Part shown: one piece after another, positions 49,429-62,000 of the stretch | Position numbering within the stretch: the first letter of the stretch is position 1 | Layout: each line of letters opens with the position of its first letter | From: Lama guanicoe | Taxonomy: Eukaryota | Length of the DNA stretch: 64,000 nucleotides | NCBI GenBank assembly: GCA_013239625.1 | Contig: MU053629.1 | Location: forward strand, 3,747,567-3,811,566 | Direction: 5' to 3' | Translations under genes and position numbers: made by a program | Notes under the pieces: model-generated | Told to the model about the DNA's origin: nothing | The model's input: the letters and a program-made list of their open reading frames with translations, nothing else | The model's database searches: none

Positions 49429-50134
49429 AGTAGACTTTCAGCATCCCACCTCTGTGCCCTTTATCCCTTCCGTGTGCGTTTGCTGAAACAGCCAGTGCTT
49501 GGATTTCTGACTGGTCACTAAGTGCATTCCAGGGCAAGCTGTTCAAGTCCCGTGTCCCTCTCTGTGAATGGGGCTGTGTGGACCCCTCACCATGGAGAGG
49601 ATGAAGAGTAGTAATGGTGGAAACATCTGCCAGAATATATAATGACGATTGCAGCTCATTATCACGTGCAAAGCATCTTGCACACATTATGTCATTTGAT
49701 CCATGTGGAAGAAACAGGCTCAGAGACGGTGTATAATTTGTCCCAGGTCACACAGCAAGCTAGGCTTCGATGTGCACGGTCAACATGGAATTAATCCTGA
49801 GGCCTGTCTTCTTGCCTATTTGCTATGTGACTGCAGTGAAGGGCTGAATTTCCCTGGCTTTGGTCTCCCCTTGTTCTATGGGCACAGGGATCTCTGGGGC
49901 AGGGGCTGAGGAGGGGATGCAAGATGCTTCTGCAGCAGCCCAGCTCCCCAGATTCCTGGAATAAGCACCTCCTATGTCAGGGCCAGAGTGGAAGCTGCTC
50001 CAGCAGACCAACCAGCTTCTGTGAATTCTTCAGGTTGCCTCATGATCCAAGCTCAAAACTCTTCTTGCAGACTGTCTCTGGAAACTGGGAAAACTGACCA
50101 GGACACCCTGAGCGTCCCTGGCCTCTGGAACTCC

Positions 50135-50166
50135 TGCAATGATGAGTCCTGGCCACCAGGTGGCTC
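50135..50166 (+). promoter_or_regulatory. Candidate CTCF site (core plus upstream module)
   Basis: TGCAAT-N9-TGGCCACCAGGTGGCTC. Confidence 0.55.
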
Positions 50167-52966
50167 CACACAGGCCTCTGTGCTATCAGGGAAGAGGAGG
50201 TGGGTCTCCGGCCAGTGGCTACTCCCCTCCCAGCCAGCAAGTCCATCCACCCGTTAGCCTCGGGTTGCGGGGAGACAGCCCAGGAAGGGCAGCAACTCAC
50301 CACAGGCACTCGGCCTGCACTTTGTGTTTCCCAGGGCTTGTTACCCTGGTTGAGCCAGGCCCCAGGACTGTGACAAGAGTTGCTAGATTTCTCAAGACCT
50401 CAGTTTCCACATTTGCAGAAAGATGCAAGTTCCTTCTGCCTGGTTTTCTTCACGGGGTCTGCATGGCAGGTCAAACACAGAGCCTCAGTTTCCACATCTG
50501 TGAAATTGGTATAACAGTAGAGGCTGTTCTGTGTTATGAAGATGAGGAGCTGCCCACAGCTGAAGTGATCTGAGGATTAAGCCTGCAGGCACCTACAGGT
50601 CTGCCTTCAGCTCCCAGAACAGCCTCGTTTATAAACTGCAGTGCAGGACTTCAGAGTGGGAGGAGACCTCAAGCCTCATGTCACTTGTGCCTTCCATTCC
50701 TCAGAGGAAGGAAAGGCCAGAGAGGGCCAGTGACTTGCCCAAGGTCTGAGGGACAGCCAGTACCTCTCCCCTACCAAGGTCTTCAGTGGAAAAGCCCCTC
50801 AGGGCTCACCTGCCCAGACCAGGAGGTGGGGGCGGGGGTGGGGAGGGATATTTTTAAAAGTTTAAACACTCTCCTGGGAACACGCTGCATTTCTATTCCT
50901 ACAGTGTATCTATGCTTTTATTTATGAAACAAGGCTTCTGTTCTCTGTTAATTAGTGGGCTCATATAAACCCTCTCCCCCAGCTCAGGATGTGGAGGGCA
51001 GGGGGGAAATCCAATAAAAATATAAAAATATGGAACTCCAGATGCACTGGGCAGGACTGGCCCTCTTGCCTGGGGAAAGGGAGGGACATATTACCCCAAA
51101 TTAGTAGCTGTCCAGAATCCTAGGCTGATAAGATGCTTATTTTGAAACTAACAGGCTATTAATGACCTCATTCATACTCAACTGTAAGGGGCTGATAGAG
51201 TGGCTTTTCCTTCAGCAAGTCTGAATGGGGGAGGAGAAAGGGGACCTGAGAGCCCAGGGTGGAGTGAGGAGGAACAGGGCAGAGGGTCAGGGCTGTGCAC
51301 AGAGCATGGAAGCTGAGGGCCCCAGAGGATGACTGTATTGCCCCAGTACCAGAAGAAAATGAAATGTTGACTTTCAGGAGAGGCCCATCTGGGTGGCAGA
51401 GGATACAGATAACTCAGTTTCCATGAGTCAGTGCTTTCCCCTTGGGGGAAAAAGGGGCATACTGTAACTTGGAGTTTGCCCTGGAGGAGGGGCTGGCCTC
51501 CAGGCACAGCTTCATGTCCATCCCTTTGCAGAGCCCCACAACTGCCCTGGGAAGCAGGAATTGGCATCTCCACTTTAATCCCAGTAGACTGAGACCCAGG
51601 CAAAGAGAGGGACTTGTCCAAACGCTGAGTTAGTGACAAAATGCCTAGAAGAACCAAGGTCTCTTAGTCATTTTTTACTTATGTTCAGCCCCCTCCCAAA
51701 GATTCCTCCTCGCCAAGATGCCCTAGGGTGGTCCCCTCCCCTAGATGCCCCTTTCAGAGCTGCTTGAGTCTGGAGTTAGGCCAAACCAGTTCCTGGCTCT
51801 GTGACCCTGGACCTCCCCAAGCTCAGTTTTCCTTATCTGTAAAATGGGAATGATATCTCTTATCTCCTGGGGTTGTTGACAGGATTAGATTCTGTATGTA
51901 AGAGCCTGGCACACAGTGGGCATGCAATCAATGGTGGCTGTGTTACAGAGGAGTCAAGTCTTACTTGGGGCATGGTTCTTAAGGCTGCTTAATGCAAACG
52001 AAACAGAACAAAAAATAAAAACCAAACCCTTGAAAATCCTTTAGTAAGCGCCGTGAAGAGTTAAATCCTTATTGGGGGTGAGAGGGGGAGAAAGAGGACG
52101 GCTGTAGGATTGCCAAGGAGCCAAAAGGGCGAGTGAGACATTGCAACAGGCAAACTGTATACAACAGAAGGGGTGCTCTGGAGGCCGGGCTGGTGCAGGA
52201 GAGTCAGTGCCTGATGGGCAGCGCCTTGAATGCCAGGCAGAGACGTCAGGACCAACTTGCTGTTGTCAGGAGATGTTTAATTTTGGCAGTGGCGTGATGA
52301 AAGGGAGGTTCCCCGTGTGTGTGTGTGTGTGTGTGTGTGAATTTCCACCCACCCCCAAAGCTGTCTCTCCGCTGGAGAGCTGGGGCCAGTTTATGGCTCC
52401 TGGCTGCCCCAGTTCGGCCTCTCCCAGCCCTCCTCCTCCCTGGCTGTCTGGCAGCCAACTGAACTTTATGTGGGGAATCTGAGGAATTTGAAAAGGCAGA
52501 ATGCAAATGCCACTGTTGGAGATTTCCTTGTCAACCTCTAAGGGGGAGGAAGCCCCTGTTGGTGGGGTAAGGCAGTGTGGTGCTCTGGGTCCTGGACCCG
52601 GTTCGGATCTCAACGGCCAGGTGTCCAGGGCCAGTTCCTTCACCCCCATCTGTGAAAAGCAGGCCGTGTCACTAGCCTTCTCGTCTAGAGCCCAGCTCGG
52701 TAACAGCGCGCGGCCCCTGTACACGGCGAGGAGCCTGTCACACCCCCTGTGTTGAGAGGTTATTAACGACTCCTCAGTGCCCTCGTCTTAAGAGGCGGGC
52801 ACCGAGGTCCAAGGGAGGACTTTGGCCTGGGGTCACCGGGGCAGCCCTGGGCCGGGGCCAGGATCCCAGCGCTGATGGGGGCGCGCGGAGGTCGCGCGGC
52901 GGCCCCGGACCTGGCGCGTCCCGAGACCCTCGGGGCCGTGGGCGCGGCCGGCGCCCCGCCCACCCG

Positions 52967-53330
52967 NNNNNNNNNNNNNNNNNNNNNNNNNNNNNNNNNN
53001 NNNNNNNNNNNNNNNNNNNNNNNNNNNNNNNNNNNNNNNNNNNNNNNNNNNNNNNNNNNNNNNNNNNNNNNNNNNNNNNNNNNNNNNNNNNNNNNNNNNN
53101 NNNNNNNNNNNNNNNNNNNNNNNNNNNNNNNNNNNNNNNNNNNNNNNNNNNNNNNNNNNNNNNNNNNNNNNNNNNNNNNNNNNNNNNNNNNNNNNNNNNN
53201 NNNNNNNNNNNNNNNNNNNNNNNNNNNNNNNNNNNNNNNNNNNNNNNNNNNNNNNNNNNNNNNNNNNNNNNNNNNNNNNNNNNNNNNNNNNNNNNNNNNN
53301 NNNNNNNNNNNNNNNNNNNNNNNNNNNNNN
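52967..53330. other. Assembly gap (364 N)
   Basis: Run of N. Confidence 1.
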
Positions 53331-53415
53331 TCCCCAGGACGCCCCCTCCCAGGGCGGCCCCCTCCCCAACGTGCTTTCTCCCCAGGACGCCCCCTCCCAG
53401 GGCGGCCCCCTCCCC
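53331..53415. repeat. GC-rich tandem repeat, 48-nt period with ~16-nt subunits
   Basis: tccccaggacgccccctcccagggcggccccctcccc at 53331 and 53379. Confidence 0.85.
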
Positions 53416-54324
53416 AGATGCCCCTTTCAGAGTAGCCCTTCCGGCTCCAAGCTGCAGGGAGCACTTTCCCCAAGGGGCACTGCATCAGAAAAGGGTTTTT
53501 GTCAGATTTGTCCTTTTCTTAAAAGACAAACCTAACTATGCTTAATCCCATTTTAGTCACGTTTTAAAGGATTTCCTAAGAGAGGCAAAGTTATGCAAAA
53601 CAAAACAAAAAACAACAGCACCCAACCCCTAAACCCACTATACTCTGGGTGTGGGTGGGGGAGATGGAGGGGTTCGGGGGTGAAAACAGTGTTTATCCAC
53701 CAGATCGCTCTAAAATGCTCCTGCCCAGGGCTTACTGTGTTGAGTGAAACCGCCTTTGAAAGCTAAGTTTCCCTACCTGAGTATTTGAATCTGTAAGCTC
53801 CCCAAAGTGCTGGTGGCAGAAAATGTGGGTGCAGCCCTTGGTAATAACAATTTGGCAGTGTAGACGGAAAGCCGTAAAAGTATTCACACCCTTTGACGCA
53901 GTAATCTCACTCTGGGAATGTGTCCCAAGGAAATAGTTCAACAGCAGCAAAAGAAAAAGACAAAAACAAAAAACTGCCGGGTTCATCAACGTATTTGTAA
54001 AGCTAATGAGCTTATCTTTCCGAGTGAAAAGTTGGAATACGTGAGTCGCATAGAACTGGATTTGAACCCCCCACGGTCACTGACGAACCTTGAGTGAGTG
54101 TCCTAATCTCTCTGAATTTTCCATTTTCATGTCTGAGAAGCGGATAACCCCACCACTCAGAGGATTTCTGTACGCATTTCAGGAGATGGCTTGTGAAAGC
54201 CTCTAGGACAGGGTTTTGGGGGAGGAGGAAGTACATAAGAAATGTTTATTTCCCCCTTTCTTCATCCTTACAGAATTAAAATAAGGGGTATTTCAAGTCA
54301 CATTTGTAAGAACTAGAGAAAGTG

Positions 54325-54570
54325 AATGTGGTGGTTAAGAGCTTGGGATTTTTGAGTCCTTCAGCATTGGACTAGATCAGAATCCTGGCTTCACCACTTA
54401 TTTCCTAGCTGTGTGATCTTGACGAGATACATGTTTCCTCATTTATTAAAAAAAAGCAAATAGACTTTACCCATAACTGTTGTGAGGGTTAAATGAGATA
54501 GTATGTGGAGTGTGTTTAGGTCTGTGCCTGGCATGTAATAGGCACTGGATAATTGGTAGTTATTATTAGT
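54325..54570 (+). mobile_element. MIR SINE
   Basis: gtggttaagagc...gaatcctggcttcaccactta...gttgtgagggttaaatgagata. Confidence 0.75.
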
Positions 54571-54999
54571 AGTAAATAGTATTTAAAACAAGAAGTAACT
54601 TTGATACTCCCCAAATAGTCCAAGTGAAATAAGTTGGTGTATCTTTCATGGAACACGATGCAGCATTTTAAAAGAGTAAGATAATCAATATAAACTAATG
54701 AGGAAGTATGTACGTGATTAAGTGAAAAAAGACGGTTGCGTCCATCTGGATAAGTGACCTAAATATGAAAAATTAGAAGTAAAAGAATAAGATGTAAAAA
54801 TATAAGTTGAGGAAAAGTCTTGAATAATCTTGAGGGTAAGAAGGATCTTCTCAAGCACCCCAGGAACCCAGAAGCATAAAGGAAAAGACAGATTAGACCA
54901 TATCAGATTTTTAAATGTCTACATGGTAAAAGACTCTGGAAACAAGTCTAGAGACAATAGACAGTAGATGGAGAGAAGTATTTGTTATGTATAAATATT

Positions 55000-55149
55000 T
55001 TTTATGTTTTATTTTATTTTTAAAATTTTTTTGGTAGAGAGGTAATCAGGTTTACTTATTTATTTTATTTTTAGGGAGGTACTGGGAATTGAACCCAAGA
55101 CCTTGTGTATACTAAGCATGCGCTCTACCACTTGAGCTATCCCCTCCCC
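55000..55149 (-). mobile_element. Vic-1-like SINE
   Basis: ggaggtactgggaattgaacccaagacc...ctaccacttgagctatcccctcccc. Confidence 0.85.
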
Positions 55150-55839
55150 ACCACTACGTGCAAGTAGATAAAAGCTTTGTGTCCCTCATATCCCGCATGA
55201 CCCGTCATACGGAATTCCTATAAATCAATTGGAAAAAGTCAAAGAATAGAAAAATGGGCAAAACCACTTCACAGAAGAGAAAATGCAGTCCTGAGAAAGG
55301 ATACCACTTCCCCATTTGTTGGGGAAATGCAAATAAAACCATAAACAAGATACCATTCTCCACCAAGCACTAACTATTAAAATAGAAACGGGCCTGCCCT
55401 TTGCCCCACCGATTGCCCACTTTCAGTGCTAGCCATAAAAAAATACAGATTTTTTTTACTGTAGTGTTCTTCATAGAGGCAATCCCAGCGTCCACCTCCA
55501 GGGCATGGGGGGCGGGGAATGAATTTGGTTGCACCCTTGCTGGTGGATGCTGCGGACCACTGAGAAGGCACTGGTTGAATCTGTATGGGGTGACTTGCGG
55601 GGTTGTCTGTGATGTTCTGTCAGGCAGAAAAGGGCAATTGTGCAGTAGTGTGTGAAGTATGATTGCATTTTGTGCTTTAAAAAAGTGATGTGTGTGTGTG
55701 AGACAGAGACAGAGACAGAAGTAAGCCTCCAAGCTTTCTCCAGGATAAATAACTTGGTTAATGTTCGCATGAACCTAAAGAAAAGTGGGTGTGATATTAA
55801 AAGAAAGTAGCCAGTGGTTTTGCCCATTTTTCTTTTTTT

Positions 55840-56275
55840 CGTTTTATCAAAATGTAATTGACATATAACATTGTTTACATTTAAGGGGTAACATAATTAT
55901 ATATGCATGCTATATATTTATATATGTATACATACACGTACATATAGACATATGATTGCCACAATAAATTTAATCAACATTCATCACCTCACATAATTAC
56001 CTCTTTTTTTCTTATGATGAGAACTCTTAAGATCTGCTCTCTTAGCACTTTCAAATACGCAGTAGAGCATCGTTAACTCTAGTTGCCATGTGGTACCTTC
56101 CCAGAACTCAAGCGTCCTGTACCTGGAAGTCTGGACCTTTGCACCACCTTCCCCTATACCCCTCACACTCTGCCTCTGGCAACGGCCAATCTGTTTGCCA
56201 TTTTTTCTATAGTTTGACATTTTCCATTTCACGTGTAGGAATTCTGAATATGAGGGATATGAGCCTTTCCTTCCC
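55840..56275 (-). mobile_element. L1MA-like 3' end
   Basis: taattgacatataacattg...tcacctcacataattacc...ttaagatctgctctcttagcactttcaaatac. Confidence 0.75.
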
Positions 56276-56830
56276 TGCACGTGAGCCCGCGGAGAGGCTC
56301 CTGCCAGCCTGTTTTGGATTTCCTGGTGGTGGGATAAGAGAGGGGGTGGCACTCTCTCGGGGTCCCCATCTCTCTGTGACCTTTAGTTTGCCACTGCAGC
56401 ATGTGTTGTTGTTGTAGTTTGGAAGAACTGCAGTTCAATCGATTTGATCTCGCACAGCAAAAGAAGAGAGTTTGCAAGGCGGTATGTACTCTGTGGGTTC
56501 AGTTTTTGGGAGAAGGAATAGCCTGTGTTTGCAACTATGTAGAAGGGGCAGGAGGGGATGTGGGGGACTGTTGGAGGTCACTTCTGAGCAATGCGGTTGC
56601 TGCAGGGGGTTTTATTTTTGCACGTCTCCTGTTTGTATTTTTGACAATAAGCATTATTGCTTTTGCAAGGATAAAACAATGGAGTATTTTTTTCCCCTGA
56701 AGCATACAGTGGTATTTGTATGCTGTGATTACAAGGAGGAAATTTCTGGACAAGCACCAGAAATTGGGTTAGAATGGGGGGATCTCCCTGCCAGTACTTT
56801 TTTTTTGATTAAGATTTGTGCCTTTTATTT

Positions 56831-57291
56831 ATTTATGTTTTCATTTTTCAGTTTTATCAGGTAGAATTGTTATAATTTGCACAAACACAATATATTTCAT
56901 ATAAATACATATACATATACTGCACATTTAAAAAAATTTACATGTATGTACTGTTCCTTGTTTCGAAGAACAGTTTAGAGCTTTAGCTTTTTCAACTTAC
57001 ATGGTTATCAAAGGCATAAAGCCAACCACAAAATAAGAATCAACAGAATACAGTAATCCAATCATAAAGGACAGTCAGATGTGCTGACACATATTCAAGA
57101 AATCAATCATCTGTTATAAATAATAAGTCGTTCATCTGTCTCTGTCCCCTTTTTTTAGATTCCACATATAAGTGACATCATATGGTATTTTTCTTTCTCT
57201 TTCTGGCTTACTTCACTTAGTATGACGATCTCCAGCTCCACCCATGTTGCTGTGAATGGTGTTATTTTATTCTTTTTTATATCTGAGTAGA
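56831..57291 (-). mobile_element. 5'-truncated L1 (57125-57291) with an atypical AT-rich 3' tail (56831-57124)
   Basis: L1 segment tagattccacatataagtgacatcatatgg; flanked by near-identical gtg(c/g)cttttattt. Confidence 0.65.
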
Positions 57292-57304
57292 GTGGCTTTT
57301 ATTT

Positions 57305-58755
57305 TTTTTATTGTGGTGAGAAACACATAACATAAAGCTTAGCGTCTTAACCATTTTTGAGTGTGCAGTGCAGTAGTGTTAACTGTACGCCTGTTGCTAT
57401 ACAAGAGATCTCTGGAACTTTTTCATCTCATATAACCGAGGCTCTAAACCAGCTGAACATCTCATCTCCCCCTCCCCTCAGCCCCTGGAAACCACAATCC
57501 ACTTTCTGTTTCTACTGGTTTGACTACTTTAGAGTCCTCATGTAAGTGGAATCATGCGATATTTGTCTTTTTGTGACTGACATTGCACTTAGTTAATGTC
57601 CTCAGGGTTCATCCACGTTGTAACGTGTGACAGAATTTCCTTCTTTTTCTAGGGCTAAATAACATGCTGTTGTGTACCTATATTCTATGTTTTATTTTGT
57701 CCTTCAAAGGAAATTTAGGCTGCTTCCACCTCTTCGCTACTGTGAATACTGCTATAATCAACATGGATATGCAAATATCTCCCCCAGATCCTGTCTTCAA
57801 TTCTTTTGGATATACACTGCTATGGACCAAATGCTTGTGCCCTTCCACATTCACATGTTGAAACCCTAATCCTAATGCGATGGTGTTTGGAGATGGGGCC
57901 TTTGGGTGGTAATTAGGCCATGAGGGTGCATCCCTCATGATAGAATTAGTGCCCTTTTAAGAAGAAACCAAAGTGCTAGCTCACTCCTTGCTCTCTGCCC
58001 TGTGAGGACACAATGAGGAATCAGCAGTCTGCGACCCAGAGGAGGGCTCTCACCAGAAGCTGACCTTGATCTTGGAAGCCCTAGCCTCCAAAACTGTGAG
58101 AAATAGTTTTCTGTGGTTTATAAGCCACCCAGTCAATGATATTTTGTTACAGCAGCCTGAAAGGACTAAGACATATAGCAAGAAATGGAATTGCTGGATC
58201 ATATGGTCATTCTACTAAATTGGGTTATTTATTTATTTATGTGCTATTGATTTGCTATAGATTTTAACCCCTTATCAGATACATGGTTTGTGAATATTTC
58301 CTCCCATTCTGTATGTTGCCTTTTCACTTTGTCGATTGTTTCCTCTGCTCTGTGGAGGTTTGTAAGTTCGGTGCCATCTCATGTGTCTATTTTTGCCTTT
58401 ATTTCCTGTGCTTTTGGTGTCATATCCAAGAAAGTGTTGTCAAACCTGACACTATAAGGCTTCTCCCCTGTTTCCTACTGGTAGTTTTACAGCTTCAGCT
58501 CTTCCATTTAGGTCTTTCATCCGTTTTGAGTTGACTTTTGTAGATAGTGTAAGATAAGGATCTCACTTCATTCTTTTGCATGTGGAGATCCAGTTTTCCC
58601 AGCACCAATTGTTGAAGAGACTATTCTTCCCCCTTTTGTAGTCTTGGCATCTTTGTTGAAAGATCCTTTGACCATATACATGAGTAGGTTTATTTCTGGG
58701 CTCTCTGTTCTGTTCCACTGGTCTATATGTCTCTCTGTACGCCAGCATCACATTG
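57305..58755 (-). mobile_element. Older L1 (ORF2/3'UTR) interrupted by an MLT1A-like LTR (~57818-58172)
   Basis: [24 protein letters not shown] tgctatggac...tttgttacagcagcc...ctaagaca. Confidence 0.8.
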
Positions 58756-58756
58756 T

Positions 58757-59015
58757 CTTATTTTATTTTATTTTATTGAAGTATTGTCTGTTTACAATGT
58801 TGGGTTAATTTCTGGTATACAGCATAGTGATTCAGTTATATATATTATATATATATATGTGTATATATATACCTTCTCAAATTCTTTTTCATTATAGGTC
58901 ATGCTAAAGTATTGAATACAGTTTCCTGTGCTATACAGTAGGGCCTTGTTTATCTATTTCATATATTGTAGTTAGCACCTACAAATCCCAAACCTCCATT
59001 TATCCCTCCCCCAAA
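58757..59015 (-). mobile_element. Short L1 3'UTR fragment
   Basis: ttattgaagtattg...tttacaatgttg...cagcatagtgattcag. Confidence 0.75.
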
Positions 59016-62000
59016 CTATGATTTTTAAAGAACTCTAACAAAGCATGTCTTTGTCCTTATACATCTTTTGCACATATTCTTCAACTAGAGATAGCTATAA
59101 GCATAAAAAATATATTATATATATATATAATATATATATATTCCTTTTTCATATTTCTTTTCATCATTGTCCCAGCTTCGTGCTGAGCGCGTCGCTCTAA
59201 AGCACCATGTGAGCTGGGTTTACTGGGTGCATTTGCTCCCCTGTAGATTTCTAGATGAGGAAACTGGCGTTTAGCCAGCTAGTACCAGCCTGAGGCTTCA
59301 CAGCTGTAGTTTCTTGAGCCTTCGAGTGGATCACCCCAGCGTGTCTTCCTCACAGCGCTGTGAGGACAGTGCTTGCTTCCCCCATCTTCCAGACGAGGAG
59401 CAGGCGGCCCTGAGCCCAGCCTCACACAGGTAACTCACAAAGGAACTGCGATCCAAACCCAGACGTCAGACCCTTGACCCCCACGCTCCTCGTCACCACC
59501 GACTGCTCCAGACTCCACGCAGGCGCGCCCGCACGCCCAGCCTCCTGACAGAAGCCACTCAGCCAGATCTCCACAACCGTTGTCATTGTGTTTCCAACGG
59601 TTTATTGTAACTGATTAGGTTAAGGGTTGATTGTGTTCTCAGTGTCCTGTCACTGCGAATGATGGATGAGGCTACACCTTTAAGGTGCAGAGTGTCCCCT
59701 GATCTCAGACACACAGAGGCGGCCTTGAGTCACAGGGGTGGGAAAGCCTTGCAGAGTGTTTCATGGAGCTGTGGAGAAGGGCTTTCTAGGAAGATGGAAT
59801 GACATAAACATGAAATAACACCGTCAGAGCCTACCCAGCCTTCACTCTGTGTCACAACTATTCTAAACACTTTGTATTTATTAATTCATTTAATCCACAA
59901 GCCATTCTATGAGGTAGGTACTTTACAAAACAGGAGAGAGGCTCAGAGAGGCTTAGGAACCTGCCCATGGATACTCAGCTAGAGTGGGAAGGACCCTGAG
60001 CCAGGGCTGAGGCCCCAGGACTCCACGTTGGAGAGGAGGCTTTCTGTGTAGGAAAGGCTTCCCCAGCCCTTTTTCTTTTTTAAAGCAAAAGGGGGTCCCT
60101 TGTTGAAGAGGCAGCTATACAGAGCTCTCAGGCCTTCAGAAAACAGGTCATTAACCCTCTGTAAGTACCCTTGTAAAATAGGGTCTATGATTATTGCTCC
60201 CCTAATTTTCCTTACCAAGCCTCCCCCTCTTCCAATCGCAGAGAGAATTCCCATATTGGCAGCAAAGCCCTGGGGCATCGGGATGCTGTTCCCAGGAGGA
60301 CCCCCCACTCCAGCAACACGGGCCTAACGTGAGGTCTCTCCCGCAAGCTCTGGCCAGCCCTGTGTTCCTGGCAGGGCTGCCCACCACAGGGCTGCGGGAA
60401 CCCCGGCGGGGGTTCTTCCTGTCCAGCCCTCTCTGTAAGAGCCTGTGCAGGTCTGGCCAGGAGACCCAGAAACAGCCGTGTACCCAGGATGGCCAAGGGT
60501 AAAGACCCTTGAACCCCTGGCTCCACCCCCACCCTCGCCCTGTGACCTTGGGCAAGTGTCTTAACCTTGCTAGAGCCCCTGTCTGCTTCATTGGATTGTT
60601 GTGAAGATTAAATACACTTATACGTGTAAGGTGCTCAGAATAGTACCTGGCACAGAGTAATTGCTACATAAGTGGGCTGTTATTTTTATAATGCAGCAAA
60701 TACTTATGGAATTTCTGGGTACCCGGGTTGAGGTGGGGGACTGGGATGGATAAGGCAGATCTCGTCCTGGCCCTCAAGGAGCTCAGCGTCTACCAGGGTG
60801 GCCAGCTGTCCGCTTTGCCTGGGCCTGAGGGCTTTCCTGGGACATGGGCTTATCAGTGCCCAAACTGGGAAAGTCCGCGGTGAGCTGGACAGGTCGGCCA
60901 CCCTACTGTCCAGTGGGGACACAGATAATTAACAAGCCATCCCAGGTCAGCCTGGCCGAGAAGTTCGGGTGTCCTGGAAGCACTGAGCAGGGATGGACTG
61001 AAGCCTGGGATCAGGGAGGACTTCCGGAGGGAGCATGTTTAGGCTGTGACCTGGAGGATGAGAAAGAATGAGCTGATGGAGGAAGGAAAGGAGGGGCTTG
61101 GGAAGGGGCTGGAGAGGGAAGCAGAGAGGAGTGGGCCGGGCAGAGGGACACAGGCGGGCAGAGCTGGAGGCCAGTGAGAATGTGGCCCATGGGGACCAAG
61201 ATGTACCCAGAGACACGGGCAAAGGCCCTCAGGACACCCCCATGCAGGCACTGGGAAGTATTCAGGGTGGGGGTGGGGGGCATAGCGGGGATACACAGGT
61301 GTGTATTTGCTCCTAGACCCTGGTTGCCTCTAGGGAGACCCCTGGGGGAGGGGGCACCGAGGATGAGCGTTAGAAAGCCCATGGAGCTTTTTAAAACTGA
61401 GAGAATGTAATACCTACACTAAAAGAGAAAACAGCTTAAAACAACAGCCACGGTTGCCTCTGCCCATCCCTACCCCCACGCCCAGCTCATTCCAGCAAGG
61501 GGCCCGCAGACAGTGGCTGCAGGACCCCCTGGCAAGGGCTGAACCAGTCCCAGGGGCACCAAGCCGGCCCAGGAAGGGGAAGAGGCCACAGCCATGCTGT
61601 CTGCCGCCTGGACCTCCCCCAAGGCCTGCCGCAGACAGAACTAAACAGGCCGGCTTATCAGCTGTCGCCACTGCGTCCCACCCGACTGAGCTGGCCTCAC
61701 TGCTGGGAAAGTGGCCCCTAGCCCTTTGCCAGGGACAGCACTGGGCCGGGGTGGGGAGCCGGCGGGGCTGTTTTCCCAGGGGTCAGCCTGCGGTGGGGGT
61801 GTCTGGTGAGTGTGGAGAGCCAGGACTGGGGCCCAGGGCTTAGCCTACTGCAGACTCGCTTTGGGGTTTTAAAGAATTAATTTTTGATATTTTCTTAAAA
61901 TTATACAAGTCATCCAAAAAATGTATTTTTCTTATAGAATCATCAGGCAGTTCTTCAGTATGTGAGGTCTAAGTTCCTCCTCTCTGGAAATGGACCTGTC

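Larger units (their letters stand above)
52690..53420. promoter_or_regulatory. CpG island interrupted by an assembly gap
   Basis: Dense CpGs, especially 52870-52966 (gcgcgcggaggtcgcgcggcggc); GC-rich on both sides of the gap. Confidence 0.7.

Noticed and set aside
52763..53485. Long ORFs across the N run
   Set aside because: Artefacts of translating the gap.
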